From positions 9,743 through 73,742 of the forward strand of contig CAWESG010000016.1 of the NCBI GenBank assembly GCA_963811555.1: a stretch of 64,000 nucleotides of DNA. Direction: 5' to 3'. The notes under the pieces were generated by a model that was not told the origin of the DNA, did not search any database, and was given only the letters and a program-made list of their open reading frames with translations. The position numbers and the translations under genes were made by a program. This DNA is from an uncultured Alphaproteobacteria bacterium. Its GTDB lineage: Bacteria; Pseudomonadota; Alphaproteobacteria; Rhizobiales; Beijerinckiaceae. Below are positions 30,481-40,988 of this stretch, one piece after another. Position 1 is the stretch's first letter, and each line of letters opens with the position of its first letter.

Positions 30481-31695
30481 TCAGCGAGTTCTCGTTGCGG
30501 CCAGCGATACGGCGAGACTCGCAAAGAGCAACAAAGCGGCGATGAAATATCCAGCGCCAGAGAAACGGTCTACCGAAATCGAGGCCGCCAATATTTGGGT
30601 GAAGAACAGCGGGCCGATCATGCCGGCGACCCCGCGCAGACTCGCAAGCGCGCCCTGAAGCTGGCCGTGTTCGGACGCGCCTGCGAAGCGCGTCGCAATT
30701 CCCTGAAAGGCCGGGTTTGACATCGCCCATAGAGCAATCAAGGGCGGCGCCGCCATGAACACGCCGCCGCTCGGCGCGAAGGCGTAGACGCCAAAGCCGA
30801 GCGCTCCGAAGAACAGCGCCACGACGAGCGTCGACTTTTCGCCGATGCGCGCAACAGCGGGCCGCACGATCGCGCCGGACACGACCGTCTGCGAGACGCC
30901 GACAATCGCGAGCGCCCAGCCGGTCGTCTCGGCGTCCCAGTGATAACGATAGTCCGTGTAGAGCACGAAGAGGCTCGGCAAAGATTCATGCGCGAGATAG
31001 GACAGAAAGATTGCGACGGAAAGCAATGAAAGCGCGGGCTCGCGCCGCAGGAACTCGAACGCGCCCATCACATTGGCGCTACGCCAGACGATCTTTCGCG
31101 TTCGCTTTTCCGGCAAAAGCGACTCCGGCAAAATGAAATAGCCGTAAAGCGCATTCGCAAGGCTGAGCGCCGCCGCCGCCCAAAATGGCAGCCGCAAATC
31201 ATAATTGCCGAGCCAGCCGCCGAGCGCCGGCCCGAGGATGAAGCCTAGACCAAAGGCCGCTCCGATCATTCCGAAACGGCCGGCGCGTTTTTCCGGCGGA
31301 GTGATGTCCGAGATATAGGCGTTGGCGGTCGAGAAGCTTGCGGCTGTCGCGCCGGAAATCAGTCGCCCGGCATAGAGAAACCAAAGCGACGGCGCGAGCG
31401 CCATGAAAATATAATCGAGCCCGAGTCCGACGTTCGAAAGCAAAACGACGGGACGGCGCCCATAGCGGTCCGAAATCGCGCCGAGCACGGGCTGAAACAG
31501 GAACTGCATCAAAGCCCAGGAGAAATTGAACACGCCGGTGATGATCGTCGCGGAGCGCAGATTGTCTCCCGCGAATTCGATCACGAGCTTTGGCAATACC
31601 GGAATCATGACTCCGAGCGCCAGCATGTCGAGCGCGACGGTGATCAGAATGAAAAGGAAGGCCGCATCGCGCGACTTGTTCGGCACGGAAAGCAT
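30481..31695 (-). CDS. TCR/Tet-family MFS transporter
   Basis: ~12 TM segments; [12 protein letters not shown] motif A; [10 protein letters not shown] motif C. Confidence 0.92.
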   Translation of the reverse strand: MLSVPNKSRDAAFLFILITVALDMLALGVMIPVLPKLVIEFAGDNLRSATIITGVFNFSWALMQFLFQPVLGAISDRYGRRPVVLLSNVGLGLDYIFMALAPSLWFLYAGRLISGATAASFSTANAYISDITPPEKRAGRFGMIGAAFGLGFILGPALGGWLGNYDLRLPFWAAAALSLANALYGYFILPESLLPEKRTRKIVWRSANVMGAFEFLRREPALSLLSVAIFLSYLAHESLPSLFVLYTDYRYHWDAETTGWALAIVGVSQTVVSGAIVRPAVARIGEKSTLVVALFFGALGFGVYAFAPSGGVFMAAPPLIALWAMSNPAFQGIATRFAGASEHGQLQGALASLRGVAGMIGPLFFTQILAASISVDRFSGAGYFIAALLLFASLAVSLAATRTR

Positions 31696-31767
31696 ATCAG
31701 CGGGGGCTCTAAAGGAGCGGCCCCGATAACAGGACGCTCTCGCGAATGCAAATTCGTTCGCGCAAAG

Positions 31768-31797
31768 CGAAACCCCGGCGCTCTGCGCGCCGGGGCT
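31768..31797 (-). terminator. intrinsic terminator after the porin gene
   Basis: CCCCGGCGC/GCGCCGGGG stem followed by TTTCGCTTT on the minus strand. Confidence 0.7.
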
Positions 31798-31821
31798 CGG
31801 GATTCTGACGAAAAGATCAGA

Positions 31822-33588
31822 TCAGAAGGTTCGCTGCACGCGCAGGCGGCCTTCGACCGTTGAGTTGGCGCCCTTCCACGACGGGAGACCCGCCGCCCAC
31901 AGCGCATAATCCGGCGCGAGTCCGACCGGCCGGCTCAGGCGGTTGTCGCGCAGATACATGATCTTGCCGCCGATGTCGAAGTTCTTGACCGGGGTCCACA
32001 CGAGGTTGGCGCCGACGCGATATTCGTCGGTGTTGACCGCGCCAATGCCGGTCGCGAGGGTATTTCCGCCAACGCCCAGGGCCGCCGGCACACCCGCCGC
32101 AAGCGGCGTGAGCCCGAGCGCCGGATTGATCGCGGCGTTGCTGTATCGCAGACTCATCCAGGAGCCGTAGACGCCTGACGAAAGGGTCGGCGTCCAGTAA
32201 TGCTTCAAAGCTGCAAGAACAGAGAAGCCCCAGCTCTTGTCGCAATGGCTCAAGCCCGTCCAGACACAGTCATAAGCGTTGAAATCCCAGCCGTTGTTGG
32301 CTTTCACGCCGCCATTGCCGTAGCCATAGAAGGTGTTGCCGTTGACGGTCCCTCCGTTGAAGCTGAGGTTGTTGCCCATGATGTAGCCGACGGCGCCTTG
32401 CTCATAGACCGCCTGCACCCAGAGCTTGTCGCCAGCGGAGAAGATCTCAGGCGCAAATTTGTCCAGGTTGAACTGCGTTCCAAGTTGCACCGCGAAGCCG
32501 TAATCGTCTTGCGAACGCTGCGGCAGCGCAAAGGCGTTGCCGCGCGGTGCGCTGATGCCAAAGCCGGCGACGGTTACGGGAGTCGCGAGAACCGAGTTGT
32601 TGCCATAGAGCGAGGTGCGAAGCTGATGCCCGGCGGCCGATACTTGCACGGCGCCCCAGGGCTGATCCCAGCGGAGATTGCCGACGATTTCGGGAATCTG
32701 CGTGCCGTCCGGAACGCCGAAGTCTCTGTTGCCATAAGCCGCGAAGAGCGGTCCAAAGAAAGCCGCTCCGGCCGCTGCCGGCGGCACAAGCGGGTTCGCG
32801 CCGACGACCGAGCCGATGATGCCGCGACGCGACACATTGTCTTCGATCGAGAGCGTTCCGGAGTAGCCGTCCCCGAATGTGTAGGTATAAGCCAAAGCGC
32901 CGACGGTGGCGTTGGAGCCGCGCAGCGCCTCCCAGTTGATGTTGTCGACATAGAAGTCGAAGAAGGATTGCACGCGGCCCGCCGTCAGGCCGGCGAACTG
33001 GATAAAGGCCTTGTTCAAAATGGTGCTTTCGCGCGCCGGATTGCGGAAGACCGAGCTGTTGGCGAAATTGAAGCCGCCGAACAATTCGCCGCCGCCGATC
33101 GATCCCGTCGCGGCGCTGGTCGAAGAGCCGAAATAAGATTCGATGCGGATGAAGGTGCGCAGGGCGCCGAGCGGCGTCGCCGTGCGGGCGTCGAGTTCGA
33201 TACGCCCGGTGCCTGCGAAGGCCGAATTGTCGCTGCTGCGCGCATTGGAGTAAGAGCCGGCGCCCGGGACGTTGCCAAAATAGAAGCCGCCGGGGAGGAA
33301 GACGCCGGTGGGGTTCACCGTTGCGACGCCATTGGTGCCGATGATGTTGCGCGACATACGATAGGAAGAGTTGTAAGCGCGCCATTCGCCCACGACCGTC
33401 CCGCCCACTCGGAGGCAGGTGTCCGTGCCGGGAATGAAGAAGAAGCCCGAGCCATAGGCGTCGCAGATGCGCACATATTCGATCGGCGCAGCTTTGCGCG
33501 ACGGCAGATCGGCCGCCTGAGCCGCAGCTGCGGACATCAGCGCCGCAGTCGACCCGAGAAGTATTGTCTTAATGGCTTTCATCGTCAC
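31822..33588 (-). CDS. alphaproteobacterial porin (Omp2/RopA family)
   Basis: Signal peptide, [37 protein letters not shown] N-terminus, [11 protein letters not shown], C-terminal RVQRTF. Confidence 0.93.
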   Translation of the reverse strand: [588 protein letters not shown]

Positions 33589-33978
33589 GCCCCTTTAGAA
33601 ACCTGCTGGTCGAGAAACTCCAGAATGCGCTGACTCGCAGGCGCGCCGTGGGTTTTCCCAGTCACGGGGACGAGAGCTAAAGGCCGTTTATGACAGTCTG
33701 AAAACAGAACCGGCTATCAAAGCCCATGTAGAAAGTTTTCCTTTACTGTGTTGCCGAATTGTCACGGTTGAGATGACCATTCTATAAATCTTTGATGTCG
33801 GTCTCCGCTTCGCGGCGAGATTTCTCTATTTGAACGCAAGCGCCTCGACGCTTAATCCAGCGACGGGGCGGATGCGGCAAAATTGGCGATAACGCGCTTG
33901 GCCTATTGAAAAACGCCTATGATATCGATTATCTCAACCATCCGAAGCCTGTCGCAGCGCGTTGGACGCAATTTGCAC

Positions 33979-34200
33979 ATGAATAGGTTCGAACGTCAGC
34001 CCCAGTCCGCGGTCGAAGCCGAGGTCGAATACCGCGACGGTGACTATCGCGTGCGACGTCCCGGCGCTTTCGTTCGCTGCGCCGTGACCGGCGAGCCGAT
34101 TGCGCTCGAAGAGTTACGCTACTGGAACGTCGATCTCCAGGAAGCCTACAGCAGTCCGCAAGCCAAGCTGACGCGGCTCGGCGTCAAGCGCCCCGGATAG
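33979..34200 (+). CDS. DUF2093 family protein
   Basis: YRDGDYRV…PGAFVRCAVTGEPI.LEELRYWNVDLQEAY; usual neighbour of lpxK. Confidence 0.85.
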   Translation: MNRFERQPQSAVEAEVEYRDGDYRVRRPGAFVRCAVTGEPIALEELRYWNVDLQEAYSSPQAKLTRLGVKRPG

Positions 34201-35204
34201 TTCGAGCGCTCTGAATGGCCTTTTCAACGAAAGCGTCGATCGTCGACTGATCGTCGAAGACGAGCCGGACGGCCAGAGTCTCAATCCCCAGTTCCGCTGC
34301 GACGCCAGCCGAAAGTCGCATGGCGTCCTTTTGCGTGGTTATGAGCTTCGCTCCCAGGCGCGATGCGGCCCGCGCCATGTCTGAAAGCTCTGCGGCCTTG
34401 AAAAAATGGTGATCGGGAAACCAGCGCCGGCCGGCGATCTCTATCCCTAGCTCGCGGAGGCTCTTTTCAAATTTGTCCGGACGCGCGATCCCCGAAAAAA
34501 CGAATGCCCGGACGCCGCGGAGTCGGGCGGAGTCCGCTTCCTCTGCGAGAAGCCTTGCGGCGAACTTCGGCTTTGCGCTCCTTTCCAGCTCCGTCGACGC
34601 CACGTCGCCCTCGCCGATCACGACGATCGCGTCGACCAATCTGAAAAAATCTCTCGCCGGAGCGCGAAGCGGCCCGGCCGGTAGACAGAGCCCATTGCCC
34701 AAGCCGTAATCGGAGTCGAGAACTCCAATCGCCAGATCTGGCGCGAGGCGACGGCTGTGCAACCCATCATCGAGGATGAGCGCCGTCGCCCCGAGCTGCA
34801 TCGCAAGGCGAGCGGCGGCGGCGCGGTCGACGCCCACGATCGTCGGCGCGGCGGTCGCCAGCAACAACGGCTCGTCGCCCGCCATCCGAGCGTCATGGCG
34901 AGTCAAATCGACCAGGAACGGCTCTTGTTGCATTCCGCGTTCGCGTCCAAATCCGCGCGTGAGGAATGCGGGACGCTCTCCCAGTCCGAACGAGAATTTC
35001 CGCGACGGCCAGCGCGAGAGGAGTCTTGCCGTCGCCGCCTGCGGTCGGGCCGCCGATGACGATCGTCGGCAGGGCGGCGCGCGGGGCGTTTTGCGTCATG
35101 CGCCTTGCCGCGATCGCTCCGTATAGCGCGCCCATCGGGGCGAGAAGTTTCGCGGCGATTGAAGGCGGGGAACGCCGCCAAAAATCAGGCGCGCGCATCG
35201 CCAT
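34184..35204 (-). CDS. lpxK: tetraacyldisaccharide 4'-kinase (apparent +1 frameshift near 34988)
   Basis: MRAPDFW, GGDGKTP, (shifted) FLTRGFG, GDEPLLL, ILDDGLH, GNGLCLPAGPLR, FPDHH, TTQKD. Confidence 0.9.
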
Positions 35205-35222
35205 CGCAAAAGCGCGGCGCTC

Positions 35223-36503
35223 TCATTGCCGCTCCACAGCCATTTGAGCCAAATAGGGTTCGAGCGCCGCGACGATGGCTTGAGACGCGCCGCCGAGCTT
35301 CGCCACGGCTTCGGCGCCGGCGCGGCCCATTTTGCGCATCCGCGCCGGGTCCGAGAGCAGAGAAATGCACGGCGCGGGCTAGTGAATCCGCGTCCGTGAC
35401 GCGCGCCGCCGCTCGCGCCTGAGACAGCTCGGCGTAGACATCGGCGAAATTTTCCACATGCGGGCCGTGCAATATGGCGCAACCGAGTTTCGCCGGCTCG
35501 ATCGGGTTCTGTCCGCCTTCGGCGACAAGCGATTTGCCCATGAAGACAAGGCTCGCGGCGCGCAAGAAAAGTCCCAGCTCGCCCATCGTGTCGGCGATGT
35601 AGACATCCATCCCGCGATGCGGCTCGGCGCCCGCGGAGCGCAGACCAACGTCCAGGCCCCGCGCATGCGCAAGGTAAGCAATCTCTTCTCCACGCTCCGC
35701 ATGGCGCGGGACGATCACCGTCAGCAAACCCGGAATGCGCTGCGCCAATTCGGCATGAGCGGCGAGGACGATTTCCTCCTCCCCCGCATGGGTCGAAACC
35801 GCGACCCATAACGGCCGCGCGCCGACGGCGCCGTTGAATTCCGCAAGCCGCCCGCTCGTCGCTGGAGGCGGGGAAACGTCGAATTTCAGATTGCCGGCGA
35901 CCCTGACGCGCGGAGCGCCAAGACTCAAGAAGCGAGCGGCGTTTTCGGAGTCTTGCGCGAGACACATATCGATCATCTCGAGCAATCGCCTGCAGGCGTC
36001 AGGAACGCGTCGCCATCGCTCGACCGACTTGCGCGAGATGCGCGCATTGACGAGAAACAACGGCGTTTTGCGCGCATGCACGGCGGCGATGACATTGGGC
36101 CACAGTTCCGACTCCGCGAACAGCACGATGTCGGGCTTCCAATGATCGAGAAAACGCTTGACGAATTTTGGCGCGTCGAGCGGCGCATATTGATGCATCG
36201 CGCCGGAGGGTAGCCGCGCCGCGAGCACGCGGGCGGACGAAACGGTGCCGCTCGTCACAAGCACTTCCATGTCGCGCTGAATCAATCGATCGACGAGCGG
36301 CAGCAATGACAGGCATTCGCCGAGACTCGCGCCGTGCAGCCACACAAGCCCGCCCTTAGGACGCCGACGGCTGGCGATCGCCAAGCCGCTCGTCTAGGCG
36401 GCCGGCGTCCTCTTTACCCGAACGCGCGCGCCAGGCGAGAACCGCCGGCGCGAGGGGCGACAATAATATCCGTCGCCAGCCGATAGAACAGCAATGCGGA
36501 CAT
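35223..36503 (-). CDS. waaA: 3-deoxy-D-manno-octulosonic acid transferase (about three apparent +1 frameshifts, near 36470, 36380 and 35362)
   Basis: GKED…ERL, VWLHGASLGE, ESELWPN, GNLKFD, STHAGEE, VPRHAER, DTMGELG, GGQNPIEP, GPHVENF. Confidence 0.9.
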
Positions 36504-36654
36504 GCGGATGACATTCCCGAGACATGACAGGCGCCGGAGATTAAGCGCCAAATTGAGCGCCAACCTGATGTTCGCGACAAATCCGATATTCGCGACAAAC
36601 TAGAACATTTTCGGGCGATAAGGAGGCTGCAAAGCTCATCCGCGCGATGACGGG

Positions 36655-36903
36655 CTATGCGTCCTCCGTTTCAGGCTCCAGCAGTCGGTGCAGGTGCACA
36701 ATGAAATAGCGCATATGCGCATTGTCGACCGTTGCGTGCGCTTTCGCCTTCCACGCCGCATGGGCGGCGTCGGCGTCGGGAAATATGCCGACGACGTCGA
36801 GCTTGGAAGGATCGCGAAATGCGACGTCATGCAGCTCTTCAAGCTCACCGCCGAAAACGAGATGCAGATGCTGCTTGTTCTTTTGCTTGTGTCCCTTGGT
36901 CAT
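36655..36903 (-). CDS. DUF4170 family protein
   Basis: LHLVFGGEL…LDVVGIFPD…AWKAKA..TVDNAHMRYFIVHLHRLL. Confidence 0.88.
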   Translation of the reverse strand: MTKGHKQKNKQHLHLVFGGELEELHDVAFRDPSKLDVVGIFPDADAAHAAWKAKAHATVDNAHMRYFIVHLHRLLEPETEDA

Positions 36904-37719
36904 CGCGTTCCTTTCGAAGCGGCTCTGGCGAGCGCGAGACTGTCGTCAAACAGAGCGGCGGGCGCGGCGACGAGCATGTCGCGATCGAGTCGTGGACGAT
37001 TATAGGTCAGAGTCGAACCCTCGAGCTCCGTCAAAACGCCGCCCGCCTCCGATAAGATGACGTCCGCCGCCGCAATATCCCAATCGCGCGATTGCGCCGC
37101 CGCGATGGCGATGTCGTGGCGGCCTGAGGCGATATCGGCGAGCCTCAGTGCGAGCGAAGGCGTGCGCGGAGCAAGATCGAAGCCGTAAGGCTGAAGATTC
37201 AAAGAAATGCGCGAGACCGCGAGGCGCGACGATATTGGCCCCCTCCAGACTCTTGCGCGGGGACGTCGTGATCACGCGGTCATTCAACCGCGCGCCCTGC
37301 CCTGCAGCGGCGACGAAAGTCTGCTCGAGGGCGGGCGCGTGCACGACTCCAACGACTGGGCGACCCTCTTCGATCAGCGCGATGGAGACCGCCCAGCGCT
37401 CGTCTCCGCGCGCAAAGGCGATCGTGCCGTCGATCGGGTCGACGATGAAGATGCTGCTTTTCTCCAATCGCTCGACATTGTCCGCAGTTTCCTCGGAAAG
37501 CCAGCCGGCTGAGGGCGCGAGCCTCAGCAGATGCTCGAACAGGAATCGATCGACCGCGAAATCGGCGTCCGTGACAGGCGAGCCGCCGCCTTTATAGGAG
37601 ACGCCCGCCGTCGTTTGCTTGCCCCGCCGAAAGAATGACATCGCCACATCGCCGGCCTGGCGCGCCAGGGCCTCCATTTGCGGGAGAACCACGGCGAGGT
37701 CTGTTTCGATTCCTTGCAT
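36900..37719 (-). CDS. inositol monophosphatase family / CysQ-like nucleotidase (apparent +1 frameshift near 37195)
   Basis: SPVTDAD, WLSEE, IVDPIDGT, (shifted) SLALRLA…DWDIAAADVILSEAGG. Confidence 0.88.
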
Positions 37720-37939
37720 CGTGAAGGTGGTAGGCGAGGCGCGCGCGTCGGGCAAGGCGCCTTTTTCGGCGAAATGCCGACAATTTGATCGAATTCATTT
37801 GTCTCCTGGTCGCCTTAACACCGCAAATACGGTGAAAACCCAATGGTTTACGCCCGATTCACCGAAGAAATTAGCGACTTCAGACCCGCTCTCGCGCAAC
37901 ATGCCGGCGATCAAGTTCATCCCATTGCGGAGGCGGCGA

Positions 37940-38470
37940 ATGTTCGGCGAGGCAGTTGCGCAACGTTTGGAGAAGCTCCCTACTCAAAGCGATCGGCGCG
38001 CCGATGGCGGCAGCCGGCAGGTCAGCGTTTCCCGCAAAGGAGTATCGATCGCGCGCCGGCTCGGCGGCGTCTCGATGCTCATCCGCGTGCCCGTCTCATC
38101 CTATAAGGGCGTCGCGCTCGACGTCGAAGCCGTCCATACCGGCATCGTCGCTTATCGTTTGGCGCTCGCCCACGACGATCCGGATCTCGATATTCTGCTG
38201 ACCGAAACGCAGGATCCGACGGCCGCCGCCGCCGAATGGAAATATTGGTCGTCGTTCCTCGCCTTGCCCCGACTGGCGGCGAAGGACGGCGAATTCGCGC
38301 CGCTCGAGAAAACAATGGGCGGCGTTCTCTTGAAGGACATGCTGGCGCGCCGTGGCGCGAGCGCTGTAGCCAGACGGCGTCCGCGTTTTCTCGTCCGCCG
38401 CAAGGTCGGCGACGCCCTTCATTCGGCGAACTCCTACGCCGGCGAGCGCGAGATTATCGGTTACGAATAA
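37940..38470 (+). CDS. DUF6101 family protein
   Basis: RADGGSRQV, Y.GVAL, L.H.DPDL.I.L, RRRPRFL.RRK.G, GEREII patterns; RBS GGAGG. Confidence 0.7.
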   Translation: MFGEAVAQRLEKLPTQSDRRADGGSRQVSVSRKGVSIARRLGGVSMLIRVPVSSYKGVALDVEAVHTGIVAYRLALAHDDPDLDILLTETQDPTAAAAEWKYWSSFLALPRLAAKDGEFAPLEKTMGGVLLKDMLARRGASAVARRRPRFLVRRKVGDALHSANSYAGEREIIGYE

Positions 38471-39420
38471 ATCGCCGAGAAAAGGCTCTGCGCGAAGAGG
38501 CCCGCAAAGAAGAGCAATCCGGCGTCGCGGTTGGAGCGAAACAGCGTCAGCGCCGTTTGCGGCGGGCAATCCTCGCTGACGCGAAGCGTTTGCCACGCAA
38601 GATGCGCGGCGTAAGCGAGAAGGCCCAATTGCGCGAGCATCCCCGCGTGAATCGATAGGAGCGCGAATTCCGCAAAAACGACGCAGCCAAAATAAAGAGC
38701 TCCAACGGCCCTGCGCACATGAGCGCCGAAAAGACGAGCCGTGGAGCGCACGCCGGCGATGGCGTCGTCGCGTAAATCCTGCAGCGCGTAGATCGTGTCG
38801 AAGCCGATCGTCCAGAGGATCGCGGATACATAAAGAAGAACCGCGGGGAGGCCCAGCGCGCCGGCCTGCGCCGTCCAGCCCAACAGCGCGCCATAGGCGA
38901 AGGCGAGGCCGAGGATCGCTTGCGGCCAGGAGGTGAAGCGCTTTCCAAACGGATAGATCAACACGATCAGCGGTGAAAGAAATCCGAGCGCGATCGTATA
39001 GAAGTTGAACGACAATAGGACGAAGAGTCCGACGAGGCATTGCGCGACGAGAAACGCAATCGCCGCCGACGCGCCGATGCGCCCGCTCGCGAGCGGTCGG
39101 CCCCGCGTGCGCTCGACCTTCGAATCGATCTCGCGATCGACAATGTCGTTATAGGTCGAGCCTGCCCCGCGCATGGCGATGGCGCCGATGAAGAACAGAG
39201 CGAGATGATAGACGTTCGGCGCATGGCCAAGTGCGCAGCTCGCGAGCGCGCTCGACTGCCAGCAGGGGAGAAGCAGCAGCCACCAGCCGATCGGGCGATC
39301 AAGGCGCGCAAGCTGAATATAGGGGCGCATGAAAGACGGCGCGCGTCGCCATAGGGGATGATCGGCGACGGCGTCGGGCAGCAGCGTATCGGAATTCTGA
39401 TCCGGGTCTGCGTGACTCAC
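38461..39420 (-). CDS. ubiA: 4-hydroxybenzoate octaprenyltransferase
   Basis: LARLDRPIGWWLLLLPCW, NDIVDREIDSKVERTRGRPLASG, YPFGKRFT, DTIYALQD. Confidence 0.95.
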   Translation of the reverse strand: MSHADPDQNSDTLLPDAVADHPLWRRAPSFMRPYIQLARLDRPIGWWLLLLPCWQSSALASCALGHAPNVYHLALFFIGAIAMRGAGSTYNDIVDREIDSKVERTRGRPLASGRIGASAAIAFLVAQCLVGLFVLLSFNFYTIALGFLSPLIVLIYPFGKRFTSWPQAILGLAFAYGALLGWTAQAGALGLPAVLLYVSAILWTIGFDTIYALQDLRDDAIAGVRSTARLFGAHVRRAVGALYFGCVVFAEFALLSIHAGMLAQLGLLAYAAHLAWQTLRVSEDCPPQTALTLFRSNRDAGLLFFAGLFAQSLFSAIYS

Positions 39421-39899
39421 AACGGTCCGGATGGGAGCTTTGGCGCCTGTCCCAAGCCGCCGCCGGACGCGGCCTGTTCGCCTTGTTCCTGCATTTTCTT
39501 CACCTTTGCGGCGACGGCGCAGGCCTGCGACGCAAATCCCGCCGTCTTGGCGCGCGCCTGTTTGAAGGTTTCGACCATCTGCTCGGGAATGGCGCACCAC
39601 TCCTTGTTTTTCTCCATATAGGCCAGCATCTCGTTTTCCGTGCCGACGAGACGGCGCGCCAGGGGACAGGCTGCGACCGGGTCCATCTTGCCTTTGGCGG
39701 CCTTGGCGAGCTTGTTGAGCTCCGCCATTTGACTCAGGCGCTTGTCGGAAAGCTTCTTGAAGTCTTCCTGACAGGATTGCTGCGCGAGAGCGACTCCCGC
39801 CGAGCCTACAGCGAGCGTCACTCCCAACAAGGCGGCTCCCGCGCAATGGCGGAAGTTTAGATGGGCGAAGACGCCCGTGGGTTTTTGTCCGTAGGTCAT
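39417..39899 (-). CDS. secreted helical hypothetical protein with four mature-region Cys
   Basis: Signal-like segment GAALLGVTLAVGSAGVALA, then SCQEDF…ACP…EWCAIP…QACA; stop overlaps the ubiA GTG. Confidence 0.75.
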   Translation of the reverse strand: MTYGQKPTGVFAHLNFRHCAGAALLGVTLAVGSAGVALAQQSCQEDFKKLSDKRLSQMAELNKLAKAAKGKMDPVAACPLARRLVGTENEMLAYMEKNKEWCAIPEQMVETFKQARAKTAGFASQACAVAAKVKKMQEQGEQAASGGGLGQAPKLPSGPL

Positions 39900-40019
39900 T
39901 TGTTAATTTTAGCAGGACGCTTGCGCCCTGCGCAAGGTTTGGTCATTTTCGCCAGGCCTCACACGAAAAGATTCGCGCGCTAACAGTCAAAACGCGTTTG
40001 AATCCGCCGGGACAAGCTC

Positions 40020-40763
40020 TTGTCGCAATATGATTTCACAGCGCAGCGTCTCTTTGTCGAGGCTAAGCTTGAGGATGGCCTCGCCATTCACCCGACGGAC
40101 GATCAGCTCAATTATCTCTTGAACGTTCTACGCCTGCGCGACGGCGCCGAGGCGCTTCTCTTCAACGGCTCGGACGGCGAATGGCGCGCGCGGCTAGAAA
40201 ACGTTACGCGCAAAAAGGCGGTGCTCGTCCCCTTTGAGCGCACGCGCGCGCAAACCGCGGCGCCCGACCTTCATTACGCTTTTGCGCCGCTGAAACAGGC
40301 GCGGCTCGATTACATGGCGCAAAAGGCCACGGAGATGGGCGCCTCGAGACTCATTCCGGTCATCACACGACGAACGCAGGTCCGGCGCGTCAATCGGACG
40401 CGGCTTCGCGCCAACGCCATTGAGGCGGCCGAACAATGCGGCGTGCTCATCGCGCCGGAGGTTGACGCGGAAATGGACCTGCCGCATTTTCTCTCCAGCT
40501 TTCCACAAGGCCGGCTGTTGGTTTTCTGCGACGAAGACGCAGCGCCCGGCGATCCGATCGAGGCCCTGCGGTGCGCTCCATCGCATAAAGGCGTCACACT
40601 GTTGATTGGACCCGAAGGGGGCTTCGAGAGCGTTGAGCGCAATGCAATCTCTCGGTTGAACAACGCTTTAACATTGTCGCTCGGCCCTCGCATCCTTCGC
40701 GCCGACACCGCCGCCGTCGCGGCGCTTGCTCTAATTCACGCGGCTTTCGGGGACGCCGCCTAG
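40020..40763 (+). CDS. rsmE: 16S rRNA (uracil1498-N3)-methyltransferase
   Basis: YLLNVLRL, QKATEMG, EAAEQC, LIGPEGGF, LGPRILRADTA. Confidence 0.95.
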   Translation: MSQYDFTAQRLFVEAKLEDGLAIHPTDDQLNYLLNVLRLRDGAEALLFNGSDGEWRARLENVTRKKAVLVPFERTRAQTAAPDLHYAFAPLKQARLDYMAQKATEMGASRLIPVITRRTQVRRVNRTRLRANAIEAAEQCGVLIAPEVDAEMDLPHFLSSFPQGRLLVFCDEDAAPGDPIEALRCAPSHKGVTLLIGPEGGFESVERNAISRLNNALTLSLGPRILRADTAAVAALALIHAAFGDAA

Positions 40764-40988
40764 AGATGAGGCAATGGACACGATGCTGCCACGATGTACC
40801 CTTCTACTCCCGTGGCGGACCATGACCGGCGTTAACGGCCTTTCGGGTTCGATGTCTGATTAACGCGTTTGTGTTGGTTTGCGTAAGGGTTTGTTACCGG
40901 TTACGAAAACTTAGCACCTCGCGGCGATGATTGGGCGTTACGCGCCAGAGAGACGCCGGTTCAATTCTAACTCGAGGCGAATCCAAGC

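Noticed and set aside
30481-31695. Acquired tetracycline resistance gene
   Set aside because: No tetR, no mobile element, host-like composition; generic chromosomal TCR/Tet MFS
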